From Nitrospirota bacterium (lineage in GTDB: Bacteria > Nitrospirota > UBA9217): a stretch of 64,000 bases of DNA. Shown in pieces: positions 19,926 to 30,109 of this stretch. A program made the position numbers and the translations under genes. A model generated the notes under the pieces. That model saw nothing but the letters and a program-made list of their open reading frames with translations. It did not search any database and had not been told where the DNA came from. The stretch covers positions 1 to 64,000 of the forward strand of contig DASPSR010000034.1 of assembly GCA_035623825.1 (NCBI GenBank), in the 5' to 3' direction. The first letter of the stretch is position 1. Every line of letters starts with the position of its first letter.

Positions 19926-21605
19926 TCACATCGGCATATTGGATATGAGCAATTTATCTCCCTCCTCATGCAGGACTGAGGAGGAATGAACCACGCGTTC
20001 AAACTTGTCATACTGTTCTTCATCGATGACGCACAGGGCCCTTTTGTCTGAGGCCAGATAGTCCAACAGCTGTTGCTCGCTGTTCAGCACGGTTGCCAGC
20101 CGATTGGTGTAAAAGAGAGCGGAATCCCTGAGAGTGTGGTAGAAAACAAGCTTCTCGCCCGGAGGAAGGATCGTGTCCATTTCCCTTGCCATTCCCTTGG
20201 TGGAACGGAACGGATCGATCTTCGGGATATATGTCACGAGGACGATGAGTATCCCTATGACGAACGTGACGGCCAGGGCCGAGAACGCCGTCCGGTAATG
20301 CCGGAAGACGAATAAGAAAAAGCTGACGATAAAAATGCCTGTGATGACTGCCCAGAGCCCGTTCAGATCATACAAGGTGATCCCGTACTGCAGGAGCATC
20401 TTTTGTATCACCGGTTGTTCCAGCATGATGAACAGCGTGCCGGCAAGGAAAAGGATCGGCAACGGTGCGAGAGACCAGGCCATGCTCCGGCGCAGACCAG
20501 GGGTCGGGGACGATATCATTTCGTGCCAGATCCAGCCGATCAGCAAGGCAGCGGCCGGAAATGCAGGCAGGATGTAGGTGCCAAGCTTCGAGTTGGCCGC
20601 CGAGAAGAAGAGGAATATGGCCAGGAACCAGATGACCAAAAAAAGCACGCCATCGTTCGCCTGTTTCAAGCCCTTGCTCAGGGGCCGGAGGCAGGCCAGG
20701 GGCAGGAAAAAAGACCACGGCAGCATGCCGCCCAAAAATACCGGAACGTAGTAATAGAAGGGCTGAGGATGATGGGCTTGTGCCTTCGAAAGGAAGTTCC
20801 CGAGATTCTGCTTAAGAATAAAATACGATATATAGTCCGGGTTTCTGACGCTGATGAGCACGTACCAGGGTGCGGCCACGAGAAGAAAAATGAGCGCTCC
20901 CCAGCCGAGGGACATTTCCTTGAGGAAATTGATCCTTCCCTTCACCAGGAGGAAGAGGCCGATTATCATGCCTGGCAGAAGGATACCGATGGGCCCTTTG
21001 GCAAGCACCGCAAAGCCCGCTGCCCCATAAAACAGGAACAGGTTGCGCCGGCGATTTTTCTCCTCGCTGTAGGATGCGTAGAAGAAAAAAAGAGCCAAGG
21101 TGATGAAGAAGGCAAGGGAGATGTCATGGACCACCGCCCGGGACAGGACTATAACCTCGGGACTGGTGGCCAGGACCACGCCGCCCATCAGGCCAGCCCC
21201 CGGCCCGAACAATCGCCTCCCCATCAGATACGTGACGAGAACGGTACCAAGACCCAGGGCGGCGGCAGGAAGACGCGCCGCGAACTCCGTGAAACCGAGA
21301 ACGAGAAAGGCTGCCGCGGCGAACCAGTTGTAGAGCGGAGTTTTATCATAGAAATTTTCGCCGTTCATCTTGGGAGTCACCCAATCTCCTGTAAGCACCA
21401 TGTCTTTTGATGTTGCGGCGTGCATTCCCTCATCAACGTCCCACAAGGGCCTGACGCCCAGCCGGAAGAAGAACAGGACCAGGCAGAGCGCGCAGAGTAT
21501 GACAAGGGGGGCATACTTGCCTTTCCCGGCATCTTTGCCGACGTGCTGCGAATGGTCCAATGGGCCCCTCGATCTATCGGGGTATGTGTCTAAAAAGTTC
21601 GTCAT
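19926..21605 (-). CDS. ArnT/PMT-family (GT-C) lipid-linked glycosyltransferase
   Basis: LWDVDEG, GDWVTP.MNG..FYDK.PL, EFAARLP, LAKGP, PWY, HPQPFYYY, SK...YILP. Confidence 0.9.
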   Translation of the reverse strand: MTNFLDTYPDRSRGPLDHSQHVGKDAGKGKYAPLVILCALCLVLFFFRLGVRPLWDVDEGMHAATSKDMVLTGDWVTPKMNGENFYDKTPLYNWFAAAAFLVLGFTEFAARLPAAALGLGTVLVTYLMGRRLFGPGAGLMGGVVLATSPEVIVLSRAVVHDISLAFFITLALFFFYASYSEEKNRRRNLFLFYGAAGFAVLAKGPIGILLPGMIIGLFLLVKGRINFLKEMSLGWGALIFLLVAAPWYVLISVRNPDYISYFILKQNLGNFLSKAQAHHPQPFYYYVPVFLGGMLPWSFFLPLACLRPLSKGLKQANDGVLFLVIWFLAIFLFFSAANSKLGTYILPAFPAAALLIGWIWHEMISSPTPGLRRSMAWSLAPLPILFLAGTLFIMLEQPVIQKMLLQYGITLYDLNGLWAVITGIFIVSFFLFVFRHYRTAFSALAVTFVIGILIVLVTYIPKIDPFRSTKGMAREMDTILPPGEKLVFYHTLRDSALFYTNRLATVLNSEQQLLDYLASDKRALCVIDEEQYDKFERVVHSSSVLHEEGDKLLISNMPM

Positions 21606-21682
21606 TGCTGATCTTCTCGATATCCTTTATTTCCGCACCGGCACAGGTGCGGAATTTCCATACTCGGAACCACGGAGAATCC

Positions 21683-22906
21683 TCATGCGGCCTTATCCAG
21701 GCTGGGACGAAGCATGTCGAAGACCTGTCCAGGCGTGATGACCTGGAGACAGACATTGTCGCTACACGCGGTCTTGCGGTGGTTTGCCGCTGAGACGCAC
21801 GGCGAACAGGCGAGGCCGGCGTAGATCGGCGTGACGTTGCCGAGCGGGCAGTAGAGCTTTGGGGTTTCCGGACCGAAGAAAACGAACATGGGCATGTCGG
21901 TCACCGATGCGAAGTGCGGCGGACCGGAATCATTGCTGAGCATGAATGCGCTTACCGAATAAAGAGAGGGCAGTTCATCAAGGCTCGTATGTCCGGCGAA
22001 ATTGACGCATCGCTCGCTGAGGACAGATGAGCGTATGGCCTCAAGCCACGCTCGATCTTCGCGCCCTCCCGTCAGCAGGATGATCACGTCCGCGTAGCGG
22101 TCCAGAACGGTCCTGGCCAAGGCGATGTAATGTTCCTGCGGCCAGCGCCGGATGGGCAACAGATCCGAAGCGTTGGCGTTGAAAAGTACCACCCTGTGCC
22201 GCTGCGCTTCGTATGCGGGGCACGCCTCACGTATCTTTCCTCGCATTGATTCCTTCGCCGGCTCGCTTATCACAAGCTTCTTCAGCTTTGTCTCATCATC
22301 CGAGATGTGTGTTTTCGAGAACGGGATTTCCTCTTTATCGCTCATCAGGGCGTTTGCAAGCGCGATAAAGTTCTTCGACATGTGCTGGTGCGGGTTATAG
22401 GCCACTCTGTGGGTCAGAAAACCGCCTCGATACAAACCCTCGTTATAGAATGCATGGAATCCCACAGTCCGCCGAGCTCCGGAAAACCCCGTCAACAATG
22501 CAGTGAAGCGTGAAAAAAGTTCCATATCGATGACTGCATCGATGCGTTTTCGACGTGTCCAGAATAGGAACTTAACCGCATCAGAGGCAAGCGTCAGGGG
22601 CGAGCCGGCGTCTATAGTGTAGATGTTGTCCTTCGGGACCGTGCCCAAAAGCTCCAGGCTCGGGCGGTTCTTCTTGAATATGGCAAAGTATATATTGGCA
22701 TTCAGGACGCGTTTGAGCTTTTGCATCGCTGGGTCTGCCAGGATCGTGCTCCCCATTTCTGAGAGTTCAATCAGCAATATGTTTTTAGGCGCGGAATCGA
22801 CCTTGTGTGCGGTGAAGACGGCTGATAGCTTCTTCATGACAGTCCCCATAAAACACAGCGGTACCCCGACGAAATAATCCACTTTTCGCATGGTGTCGAC
22901 TTTCAT
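21683..22906 (-). CDS. glycosyltransferase family 9 (LPS heptosyltransferase-like)
   Basis: SEMGS, RRWP, NFAG.TSL.EL, SNDSGPPH.A, FGPE, CSPC...C...C. Confidence 0.88.
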   Translation of the reverse strand: MKVDTMRKVDYFVGVPLCFMGTVMKKLSAVFTAHKVDSAPKNILLIELSEMGSTILADPAMQKLKRVLNANIYFAIFKKNRPSLELLGTVPKDNIYTIDAGSPLTLASDAVKFLFWTRRKRIDAVIDMELFSRFTALLTGFSGARRTVGFHAFYNEGLYRGGFLTHRVAYNPHQHMSKNFIALANALMSDKEEIPFSKTHISDDETKLKKLVISEPAKESMRGKIREACPAYEAQRHRVVLFNANASDLLPIRRWPQEHYIALARTVLDRYADVIILLTGGREDRAWLEAIRSSVLSERCVNFAGHTSLDELPSLYSVSAFMLSNDSGPPHFASVTDMPMFVFFGPETPKLYCPLGNVTPIYAGLACSPCVSAANHRKTACSDNVCLQVITPGQVFDMLRPSLDKAA

Positions 22907-23759
22907 GAATCGCTCCTACGTTACGCCAAATATTTCGATGAACTGATATTCTGCATCGAGATCCATTGTTCTCAACAAAAACGCGAGAGAGCAACTATAA
23001 TGCGTGTTCCTACTAATCTACGCTGACGGTGCGCCAAAGACCCGGAAAACCGATCTCATCGGCCCGGAAATATTCCTTGGGTTACTCACGCCCTGCCCCG
23101 CCCACGGATTTGCGCATTCTGTTGGGGAAAATATGGCAGCTGCTTGATCCTATGCTTCTTCAGTTCTAGTCCTTTCGTTCTATGCGGAGTGCCTGCAAGA
23201 TCTATCGCAGAATTCTGGCGGCGGCTGCATCCACTTGGCATCAAAATTGTATCAAATAGGACCAGACTAAACCTGAACAATACACTGTCCGGAGACATTT
23301 TTCAAGCACTATATACAGGCTTTTTTACATCTGAAACGGAAGTTCGCAAGCTCCTTGACATGCCTTATTCTTCGCACGACTGGCTTCAACGGACGCCTAT
23401 GCCTGCTCCATCGGGTCGGTCAGAACGCTGCTGGCCGTTCGCGTGGCCCTCTCCGTCCTTTTACGTCCCCTTCTCCTGACAGGAAGGGTGAGCTATAGAC
23501 ATTGCTTCCGGTATCGCGGTCCTAGGCAAGAAGGATGGCCTGATTGGCAGCGGAAGCGGCATATGGTGCGGCGATGATATTGCAATCAGCCCGCATCCAG
23601 GACCGGGCGGAATATTGCATCCGGGCTTACAAAAGAGCACGAAGAATCGGGGCGTTGGGGTATACTCTGCACCCTCGGTGACTTGGGAGTACTTGCTCTG
23701 TGCTATAATAAGTCTATAAAATTTATCCCCTGTAGAAATGAAAAAGGTGGTCCACTGTG

Positions 23760-25061
23760 ATGAACGAGTCATTAGCCACGGAATTGCCTCTTATTCAGGA
23801 CGCCGACCTTGACGGGAAGATAGTTCTCGTCCGGTTCGATCATAATGTGGTGAAGGGGGGAGAAATACGGGACCCCTACCGCATCGACCGTACCATAGGA
23901 ACGCTTTTTCACCTCGTGGAGCGGGGCGGCAGGCCCATCATGATGACCCATGTGGGCAGGCCGAGGGACAAAAAGGCGGGAACGATAACCTGCAGGCCTG
24001 AAGAATCTGTCGAACCCATCACACGATATCTCGAACAGAAGCTCCATACAAAATTGTATATCCCGAGATTTCCCGTTGACCCAAAGCAAGGCATAGCAGG
24101 AATTGACACGTCCATCAACCTTGCCATCAAGGACTTGAGAGAACGGAAAATCGGGGGAATCTATCTTCCGAATATGCGGTGGTTTCAGGGAGAGGAGGGC
24201 GAAGGAGAGCTCCGGGAACGGTTTGCGCTCCAGCTTGCCGGCCTGGCCGATATCTATGTGAATGACGCTTTTGGATCCTGGCAGCCCCACGCATCCACGT
24301 ACAACGTTACCAAGCACCTACCTTCCTACGCAGGTTACCTGCTCCAGCAGGAGATAACGCACCTCAACAGTGTCATGAACCCGGGGCGGCCTTTTCTTGC
24401 CGTCGTCGCCGGAGCAAAGTATGACACCAAGATCAAGCCGCTGTATGCGATCTATGAGAAGGTGGATCGTTTGATGCTCGGGGGTGTTATGTATAACACG
24501 TACCTCTGCGCCAAGTATCGTGTATCGATGAAAGGTGTTGCTGACGAAGACCGTGTGCTTGCGCAGGAGCTGGTTGAAAAGGACCGCATTCTTAAAAAAA
24601 TCGTCGAGTTCCCCTATATCGTTGAATCAGACACCATGGACGGCAGAATCGAGGGTAGATTCCGGACCATCTCCATCAAGGATTTCGAGCCCGGGAAATC
24701 TTTCGGGTATGTCCTGGACATCGATCCACGCTCCTTCGAGGAAAAAACAGTGTCTGATACCATCGGAACGGCAAAAACCATCTTCGTCAATGCCGTCATG
24801 GGGTACACTCCCCACTTTTCCGCCGGTTCACAGGCGCTCGATAACACCATTGACCAGAACCGGGACGCCATGAAGATGTACGGCGGCGGAGACACGCTCC
24901 AGGAATTCAAGAATCTGTTGCCGGGCCTCTACCTTTCGGTCATGGACGATGCAAGCTATTACTTCTTCACGGGCGGCGGCACTGTGCTCACTGCAATAGA
25001 GCACGGTAGCCCTTACAGTCTCAAGCCTGTTCAGGCATTGATTGAATCAAGGGACCACTGA
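23760..25061 (+). CDS. pgk: phosphoglycerate kinase-like protein (divergent)
   Basis: GKIVLVRFDHNV, THVGRP, YVNDAFG, GAK, GGGDT, TGGG; several motifs deviate from canonical PGK. Confidence 0.75.
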   Translation: MNESLATELPLIQDADLDGKIVLVRFDHNVVKGGEIRDPYRIDRTIGTLFHLVERGGRPIMMTHVGRPRDKKAGTITCRPEESVEPITRYLEQKLHTKLYIPRFPVDPKQGIAGIDTSINLAIKDLRERKIGGIYLPNMRWFQGEEGEGELRERFALQLAGLADIYVNDAFGSWQPHASTYNVTKHLPSYAGYLLQQEITHLNSVMNPGRPFLAVVAGAKYDTKIKPLYAIYEKVDRLMLGGVMYNTYLCAKYRVSMKGVADEDRVLAQELVEKDRILKKIVEFPYIVESDTMDGRIEGRFRTISIKDFEPGKSFGYVLDIDPRSFEEKTVSDTIGTAKTIFVNAVMGYTPHFSAGSQALDNTIDQNRDAMKMYGGGDTLQEFKNLLPGLYLSVMDDASYYFFTGGGTVLTAIEHGSPYSLKPVQALIESRDH

Positions 25062-25104
25062 TTGTGCCCGAGAGCGCGCCCGTAACCCGCAGGCACAGAC
25101 CAAC

Positions 25105-25491
25105 CTAAACTTTTTTTTCCAGGCTCCATTTGACCCCGCCCCGACAGGCAATGAGGAGGAAAACAAAGCAGTAAAGGGCGGCCAGCTCGCCTTTATTTAT
25201 CGTAGGGAAGAACTGAGGCCCCATGTGGAACTTCCAGTGGAACTGGAAATACGCCACGGCCATCTCGCCACTGCAGATCAATGCAGCCAATCGGGTCCCA
25301 AGGCCCGCCATCACAGCCAGGCCGCCCACGAGCTCGATAAGCCCGCCGAACCAGAGCTGAGACCCCATTGGCGGCTGGAAATCCGAAAGAACCCCCAAGA
25401 TCTTCTGCGCACCGTGGAATGAGAACATAAATCCTGCAATGATGCGTAACACGGCATAAACATGGTCCGCATACTTTTCAAGCTGATTCAT
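25105..25491 (-). CDS. DoxX family membrane protein
   Basis: LRIIAGFMFSFHGAQK, ELVGG, TRLAA..SGEMAVAYF..H, N.GE; SD GAGGAGG. Confidence 0.9.
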   Translation of the reverse strand: MNQLEKYADHVYAVLRIIAGFMFSFHGAQKILGVLSDFQPPMGSQLWFGGLIELVGGLAVMAGLGTRLAALICSGEMAVAYFQFHWKFHMGPQFFPTINKGELAALYCFVFLLIACRGGVKWSLEKKV

Positions 25492-25580
25492 GTGTACACC
25501 CTCCTCTGATAAGATCACTCCGACATACTGTCAGTCCGGAATCGAAGCAGAATGACGCCTGGTACGGCTGCATTGCTCGT

Positions 25581-25967
25581 TTAGAATGCACCGTCCAAAT
25601 TCGGAGAATCTGCTGGAACTGGCTGGCCACAGTCCCACAATTCCACGATCTTGCCATCGTTGAAGCGGAACAGGTGCACGGCCGCTACTCCCGGCTCGCC
25701 TGGACGCAGCACGATGTGGGAGTGCACCGCGACCAGGTCTCCGTCGCCGAGCACGTTCCTGACCGTGAGCTGCTTGTGCGGGAACTTGACGTGGTTCTCG
25801 ATCATCGCCTTTTGCAGTGCAGGAAACCCCGCCGGAAAGAAAGGGTTGTGGTGCTTGCCCCGCATATCAACATGCTTCTCGTAAGCGGCATTGATGCTGC
25901 CAGCCACGACGAGCTGCAAGAATTGGACGGCTGCCCGTTTGCGGGCTTCGCTATCGTCGAGCGTCAT
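25581..25967 (-). CDS. SnoaL-like / NTF2-fold protein
   Basis: HHNP, DGDLVAVHS, VHLFRF.DGKIVELWD; SD AAGGAG. Confidence 0.85.
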   Translation of the reverse strand: MTLDDSEARKRAAVQFLQLVVAGSINAAYEKHVDMRGKHHNPFFPAGFPALQKAMIENHVKFPHKQLTVRNVLGDGDLVAVHSHIVLRPGEPGVAAVHLFRFNDGKIVELWDCGQPVPADSPNLDGAF

Positions 25968-26347
25968 CGGGGATCTCCTTCAGTTACGGCACGGAACCCA
26001 GAACAGGCTCCGAATGGCTCTATCAGTCCGTTCCTTGCTGTATAATGCGATTAGTGACTGAAAATCGATTCAATTGTATCACAAAACAGGATACGGGGAC
26101 AGCGACGGTGATGGTTGGATTCGCAGCTCCGCTTTGACCAAGCGCCCCAACCAGCGCTTGCCTGTTCGCTGAAGGCATTGCGCTTGCCGCAGGTTACAAG
26201 GTCCGTCCGCTGGGCTCTGGTCTTCATTTGAGGGCATTTCCCTGGGACAACGTTGGCGGCACCGGCATCGTCGTATCGTCTCCATGCTCTTTTCCCTTGT
26301 CGTTTTCTTCAAAATACAGTATCTTGCCTCAGGGGGAAACCCCGCTT

Positions 26348-28267
26348 ATGGCAATAGCTCGCTTATCACGCATTTACGAAAAATTAGATCGGTTCCTGAT
26401 CGGACCAGGAGAGCTTTTTCTCGTGGTTTCCATCGAGACTCAAACGCTCCTCGTCTGCGCAAATGACACCATTATCGAGCGATACGACTGCTCTACATCC
26501 CGTTTCGGCATTGGAAACCGGGAGAACTCCCTCAAAACACCGCTCGGTCTTCATCGGATCAGGGAGAAGTTCGGAGGCGGCGCCCCCGCGGGCCGCGTAT
26601 TCAGGGATCGAGAGGACACAGGCGAAGACTGGGACCACAGCAAAAACGGGGAAAACCTGATCCTCACCCGAATTCTCAGGCTGGAGGGTCTTGAGGAAGG
26701 GATCAACAAGGGCCTTGGGGTCGATTCCTACGATCGCTACATATATATCCATGGCACAAGCCGTGAGGATCTGATCGGCACTCCCCTGTCGCACGGATGC
26801 GTGTGCCTCCGCAATCTCGACGTCATTCGGCTGTTTGAAAAAGTCAAGGAAGGCACGCTCGTTTACATCGATCCTCCGCCGGTCGTGGTCAGTGGCCATC
26901 AATGCCGCAGTGTTCATTTTACCGGCATCTTCGGCAGCGGCATGAGCGCCCTCGCGCAATACCTGCGCTTTCAAGGGATCTCGGTCATCGGCTCCGATCG
27001 TTTCCACGCAAGTGAGGATACGGCCTCCATCCGCAGGTCGCTGGAAGCGCTAGGATGTTCCATCGTCCCCCAGGACGGTTCAGGCATCAATGCGAATACC
27101 GACATCGTCTGCGTCTCATCTGCGATAGAAGAATCGAATCCCGACATCGCTGCTGCCCTTAGCCATGGCCTTACCGTCATCCACCGCTCGGATCTGCTTG
27201 CCGCCATCATTGCCGAAAAAAAGACAATTGCCGTCGCCGGCACAAGCGGAAAGTCAACAGTGACCGCGATGATATTCGAATTCCTGACCGCATGCGGAAA
27301 GTCCCCCTCCCTCATAAGCGGTGCTGGCCTGCGCAGACTCGAAAAGCAGGGGCTTATCGGCAATGCCTGGAGCGGCGGCTCTGATCTCTTGGTCGTGGAG
27401 GCCGACGAAAGCGATGGGACTCTTGTCAAATATTGTCCCGAGGCCGCGGTTTTTCTGAATATTTCTAAGGACCACAAAAGCCCTGACGAGATAAGGCAAC
27501 TTTTCGAAACGCTGGCTTCCCGATCTTCCTGGACGACTTCAAATGCCGACGATCCGATCCTTCTTTCACTTCCTGCGACCGTTCGCTTCGGACGAAATGG
27601 CTCGGCCTCGTGGCGGCCTGACCATGAGCAGCTCCTGGCCACATCGGTTAAGCTTTTTAGGAGCGGGGTCGAATATCATCTGCCGCTTCCCGGGGATTAC
27701 AATCTTGAAAACCTGTGCGCGGCCCTTTGCGTCTGCGAGCAGTACGGATGCGAGCCAACAGCCCTTGTCGATGCGGTGAGAAATTATGAGGGTGTCGCCC
27801 GGCGTTTTTCCCTGACCGCGACAAAGCGGAACGTTCACGTAGTCGATGACTTTGCGCACAATCCGGCAAAGATCGCGGCTGTTGTCCGCGCAGCGAGGGG
27901 CATTTCTGAACGCATCATTGCCGTGTATCAGCCGCACGGGTTCGGACCGACCCGTTTCTTAAAGGATGAATATATCACGACCTTCCGGACCGCCTTCCAG
28001 AAGAACGACTCCATCTATCTGCTGCCGGTCTATTATGCCGGGGGAACGGCGCAGAAGGATATATCCGCGGAAGACATCATCAGCGGCCTCGGCCCCGTTC
28101 CCTTCAATGCGCAAGCGGTGAAGAGCCGCGATGATTTGTTGGCCAAATTAAAAGCCGATGCGAAATCAGAAGACTGCGTTCTTCTCATGGGGGCGCGGGA
28201 CCCGTCGCTCCCTGCGTTGGCGAGGAAGATCGTGGAACTATTCGGCGGGGAACGCGGTACGTCATGA
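26348..28267 (+). CDS. fusion of a YkuD L,D-transpeptidase-family domain with a MurC/Mpl-like Mur ligase
   Basis: N-term TPLG.H, IYIHGT...SHGCV; C-term GIFGSGMSALA, GSD, AGTSGKST, EADESDG, DDFAHNP, YQPH; single open frame. Confidence 0.88.
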   Translation: MAIARLSRIYEKLDRFLIGPGELFLVVSIETQTLLVCANDTIIERYDCSTSRFGIGNRENSLKTPLGLHRIREKFGGGAPAGRVFRDREDTGEDWDHSKNGENLILTRILRLEGLEEGINKGLGVDSYDRYIYIHGTSREDLIGTPLSHGCVCLRNLDVIRLFEKVKEGTLVYIDPPPVVVSGHQCRSVHFTGIFGSGMSALAQYLRFQGISVIGSDRFHASEDTASIRRSLEALGCSIVPQDGSGINANTDIVCVSSAIEESNPDIAAALSHGLTVIHRSDLLAAIIAEKKTIAVAGTSGKSTVTAMIFEFLTACGKSPSLISGAGLRRLEKQGLIGNAWSGGSDLLVVEADESDGTLVKYCPEAAVFLNISKDHKSPDEIRQLFETLASRSSWTTSNADDPILLSLPATVRFGRNGSASWRPDHEQLLATSVKLFRSGVEYHLPLPGDYNLENLCAALCVCEQYGCEPTALVDAVRNYEGVARRFSLTATKRNVHVVDDFAHNPAKIAAVVRAARGISERIIAVYQPHGFGPTRFLKDEYITTFRTAFQKNDSIYLLPVYYAGGTAQKDISAEDIISGLGPVPFNAQAVKSRDDLLAKLKADAKSEDCVLLMGARDPSLPALARKIVELFGGERGTS

Positions 28268-28367
28268 GCAAACACGTGTGCGTTTGGACTGGTTTGCAAC
28301 ATGTCGGGTGTGCGCTTGTCCGAACTGAAAGTGACGATGAACAGTCGGAAACCGCAGAGACGCGGGC

Positions 28368-30026
28368 ATGAAATTTAGAGACGCGATGAAGAAAGACGCG
28401 ACCCCGACGCATGCGCTGCTGCCCTGGATCGCCACCGCCCTTGGAGGAGTACTGGCGTTTCTAGGGTATGCAGGCTTCGACCAATTCTACCTGGAGTGGA
28501 TATGCCTGGTTCCTATACTCTGGGCGATCAGCGGACAGACGCCGGGCCGTGCGTTCTTTATCGGGTGGGTCGCAGGCATCGTGGGTCACGGCGGCGGGTT
28601 TTACTGGATCGTCACAATGCTCCAGCTGTTTGCTGACCTTGCGTGGCCGCTTGCGGCGCTTGTTCTGCTGCTCCTGGCCGCGGCGAATGGCATGATCTTT
28701 GCGGTCTGGGCCTGGGCTACGCGTCTGGTCTGCCGCAATACCGGCTGGAGCGTGGCATGGGTCTCACCGGTCATTTGGGCCGCGTCTGAAAAATTCTGGC
28801 CTCAACTGTTTCCAAACTACCTTGGTGCGAGTCAGTACAAGCTTACCCTGGTGACGCAAATTGCGGACCTCACCGGGATACTGGGTGTCACGTTCCTGCT
28901 CGTATACACGAACTCAACGATCCATACGGTGATCGAGCGGATTCGCAGCAGGCATGAGCATCCGTGGCGGCCGGCTATGGCGTTCGCGGCTGTCGCTGCG
29001 GCGGTGCTTGCATACGGCGCGGTTCGGATCAGCATGGTGGACAGGACAGCATCCACGGCCGAGTCTATGGAAGTCGGCGTGGTCCAGACAAACCGCGGGG
29101 CCGGCGACAAGCACGTCGATCAGGGTCTTTTTCTCCGTGAACACCAGGAAATGTCACGGGAGCTCGTCAAGTCACATCCGCTCGACATCATCGTCTGGCC
29201 TGAGAGCGTGCTCGGCGTTGTCCTCCCGTCTCGCGAGGGGGTAGTGCCGTCCGGCCTGCTGGGAGATCTACGCACTCACCTTCTCTTCGGCGCCATCCTC
29301 CAGACCGTTGAGCGGGGCGAGCAACGCATGTACAACAGCGCCGTTCTCGTGGACGGGACAGGCCGCATTCTCGGCACCTATGACAAGATGGTGCTTGTCC
29401 CCTTTGGCGAATACATCCCTTTCGGCGACACCTTCCCTCAATTCTACTCATGGTCACCCTACACGGGCCGGTTCTGGAGCGGGGAGAACAGGGAACCGCT
29501 CATGCTGAATGGTCACGCCCTTTCCGTGAACATTTGCTATGAGGACATTTTCCCCGGGCATGTACGCATGCTGATGGCGGGAGGACAGCATGGTCGGATT
29601 CCCGAAGCAATGTTGAACCTGACAAACGATTCCTGGTATGGCGACTCGGTTGAACCCACGGAACACCTGGTTCTCGCGAGTTTCCGGTCAATTGAACACC
29701 GGCGCGCGCTCGTCCGGTCCACCAATACCGGCATATCGGCCATCGTGGACCCCGTCGGTCGGATCGACCGTCGCACGGTCCAGTGGACGAAGGCATCCTT
29801 GGCCGGAAGGATACCGCTGATTCAGGGACGCACGGTGTATGCTGTGCTGGGTGACTGGATCGGGTGGGTGTGCGCGATAATCGCACTCTTCGGCATAGGC
29901 CGAGCGCTACGAACAACTGGAATGCTTGCCGGGAGCAGGGCCCAACAAAGGCCTGGGCGTCAAACGACGCCTCGACGATCGAAAAACATGCAATCGAAAA
30001 ACATACAGTGGATAGACAAGGTTTGA
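28368..30026 (+). CDS. lnt: apolipoprotein N-acyltransferase
   Basis: N-terminal TM helices; nitrilase triad WPES / YDK..LVPFGEY / ICYED; TNDSWY, RSTNTGIS. Confidence 0.92.
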   Translation: MKFRDAMKKDATPTHALLPWIATALGGVLAFLGYAGFDQFYLEWICLVPILWAISGQTPGRAFFIGWVAGIVGHGGGFYWIVTMLQLFADLAWPLAALVLLLLAAANGMIFAVWAWATRLVCRNTGWSVAWVSPVIWAASEKFWPQLFPNYLGASQYKLTLVTQIADLTGILGVTFLLVYTNSTIHTVIERIRSRHEHPWRPAMAFAAVAAAVLAYGAVRISMVDRTASTAESMEVGVVQTNRGAGDKHVDQGLFLREHQEMSRELVKSHPLDIIVWPESVLGVVLPSREGVVPSGLLGDLRTHLLFGAILQTVERGEQRMYNSAVLVDGTGRILGTYDKMVLVPFGEYIPFGDTFPQFYSWSPYTGRFWSGENREPLMLNGHALSVNICYEDIFPGHVRMLMAGGQHGRIPEAMLNLTNDSWYGDSVEPTEHLVLASFRSIEHRRALVRSTNTGISAIVDPVGRIDRRTVQWTKASLAGRIPLIQGRTVYAVLGDWIGWVCAIIALFGIGRALRTTGMLAGSRAQQRPGRQTTPRRSKNMQSKNIQWIDKV

Positions 30027-30109
30027 AAGAAAGAAGATGAGTTCTTGTCCAATTTGAACGGGCATGCAAGGTCGCGTGCGTAACATCCATCGTGCCATCG
30101 CCGGGTTTC

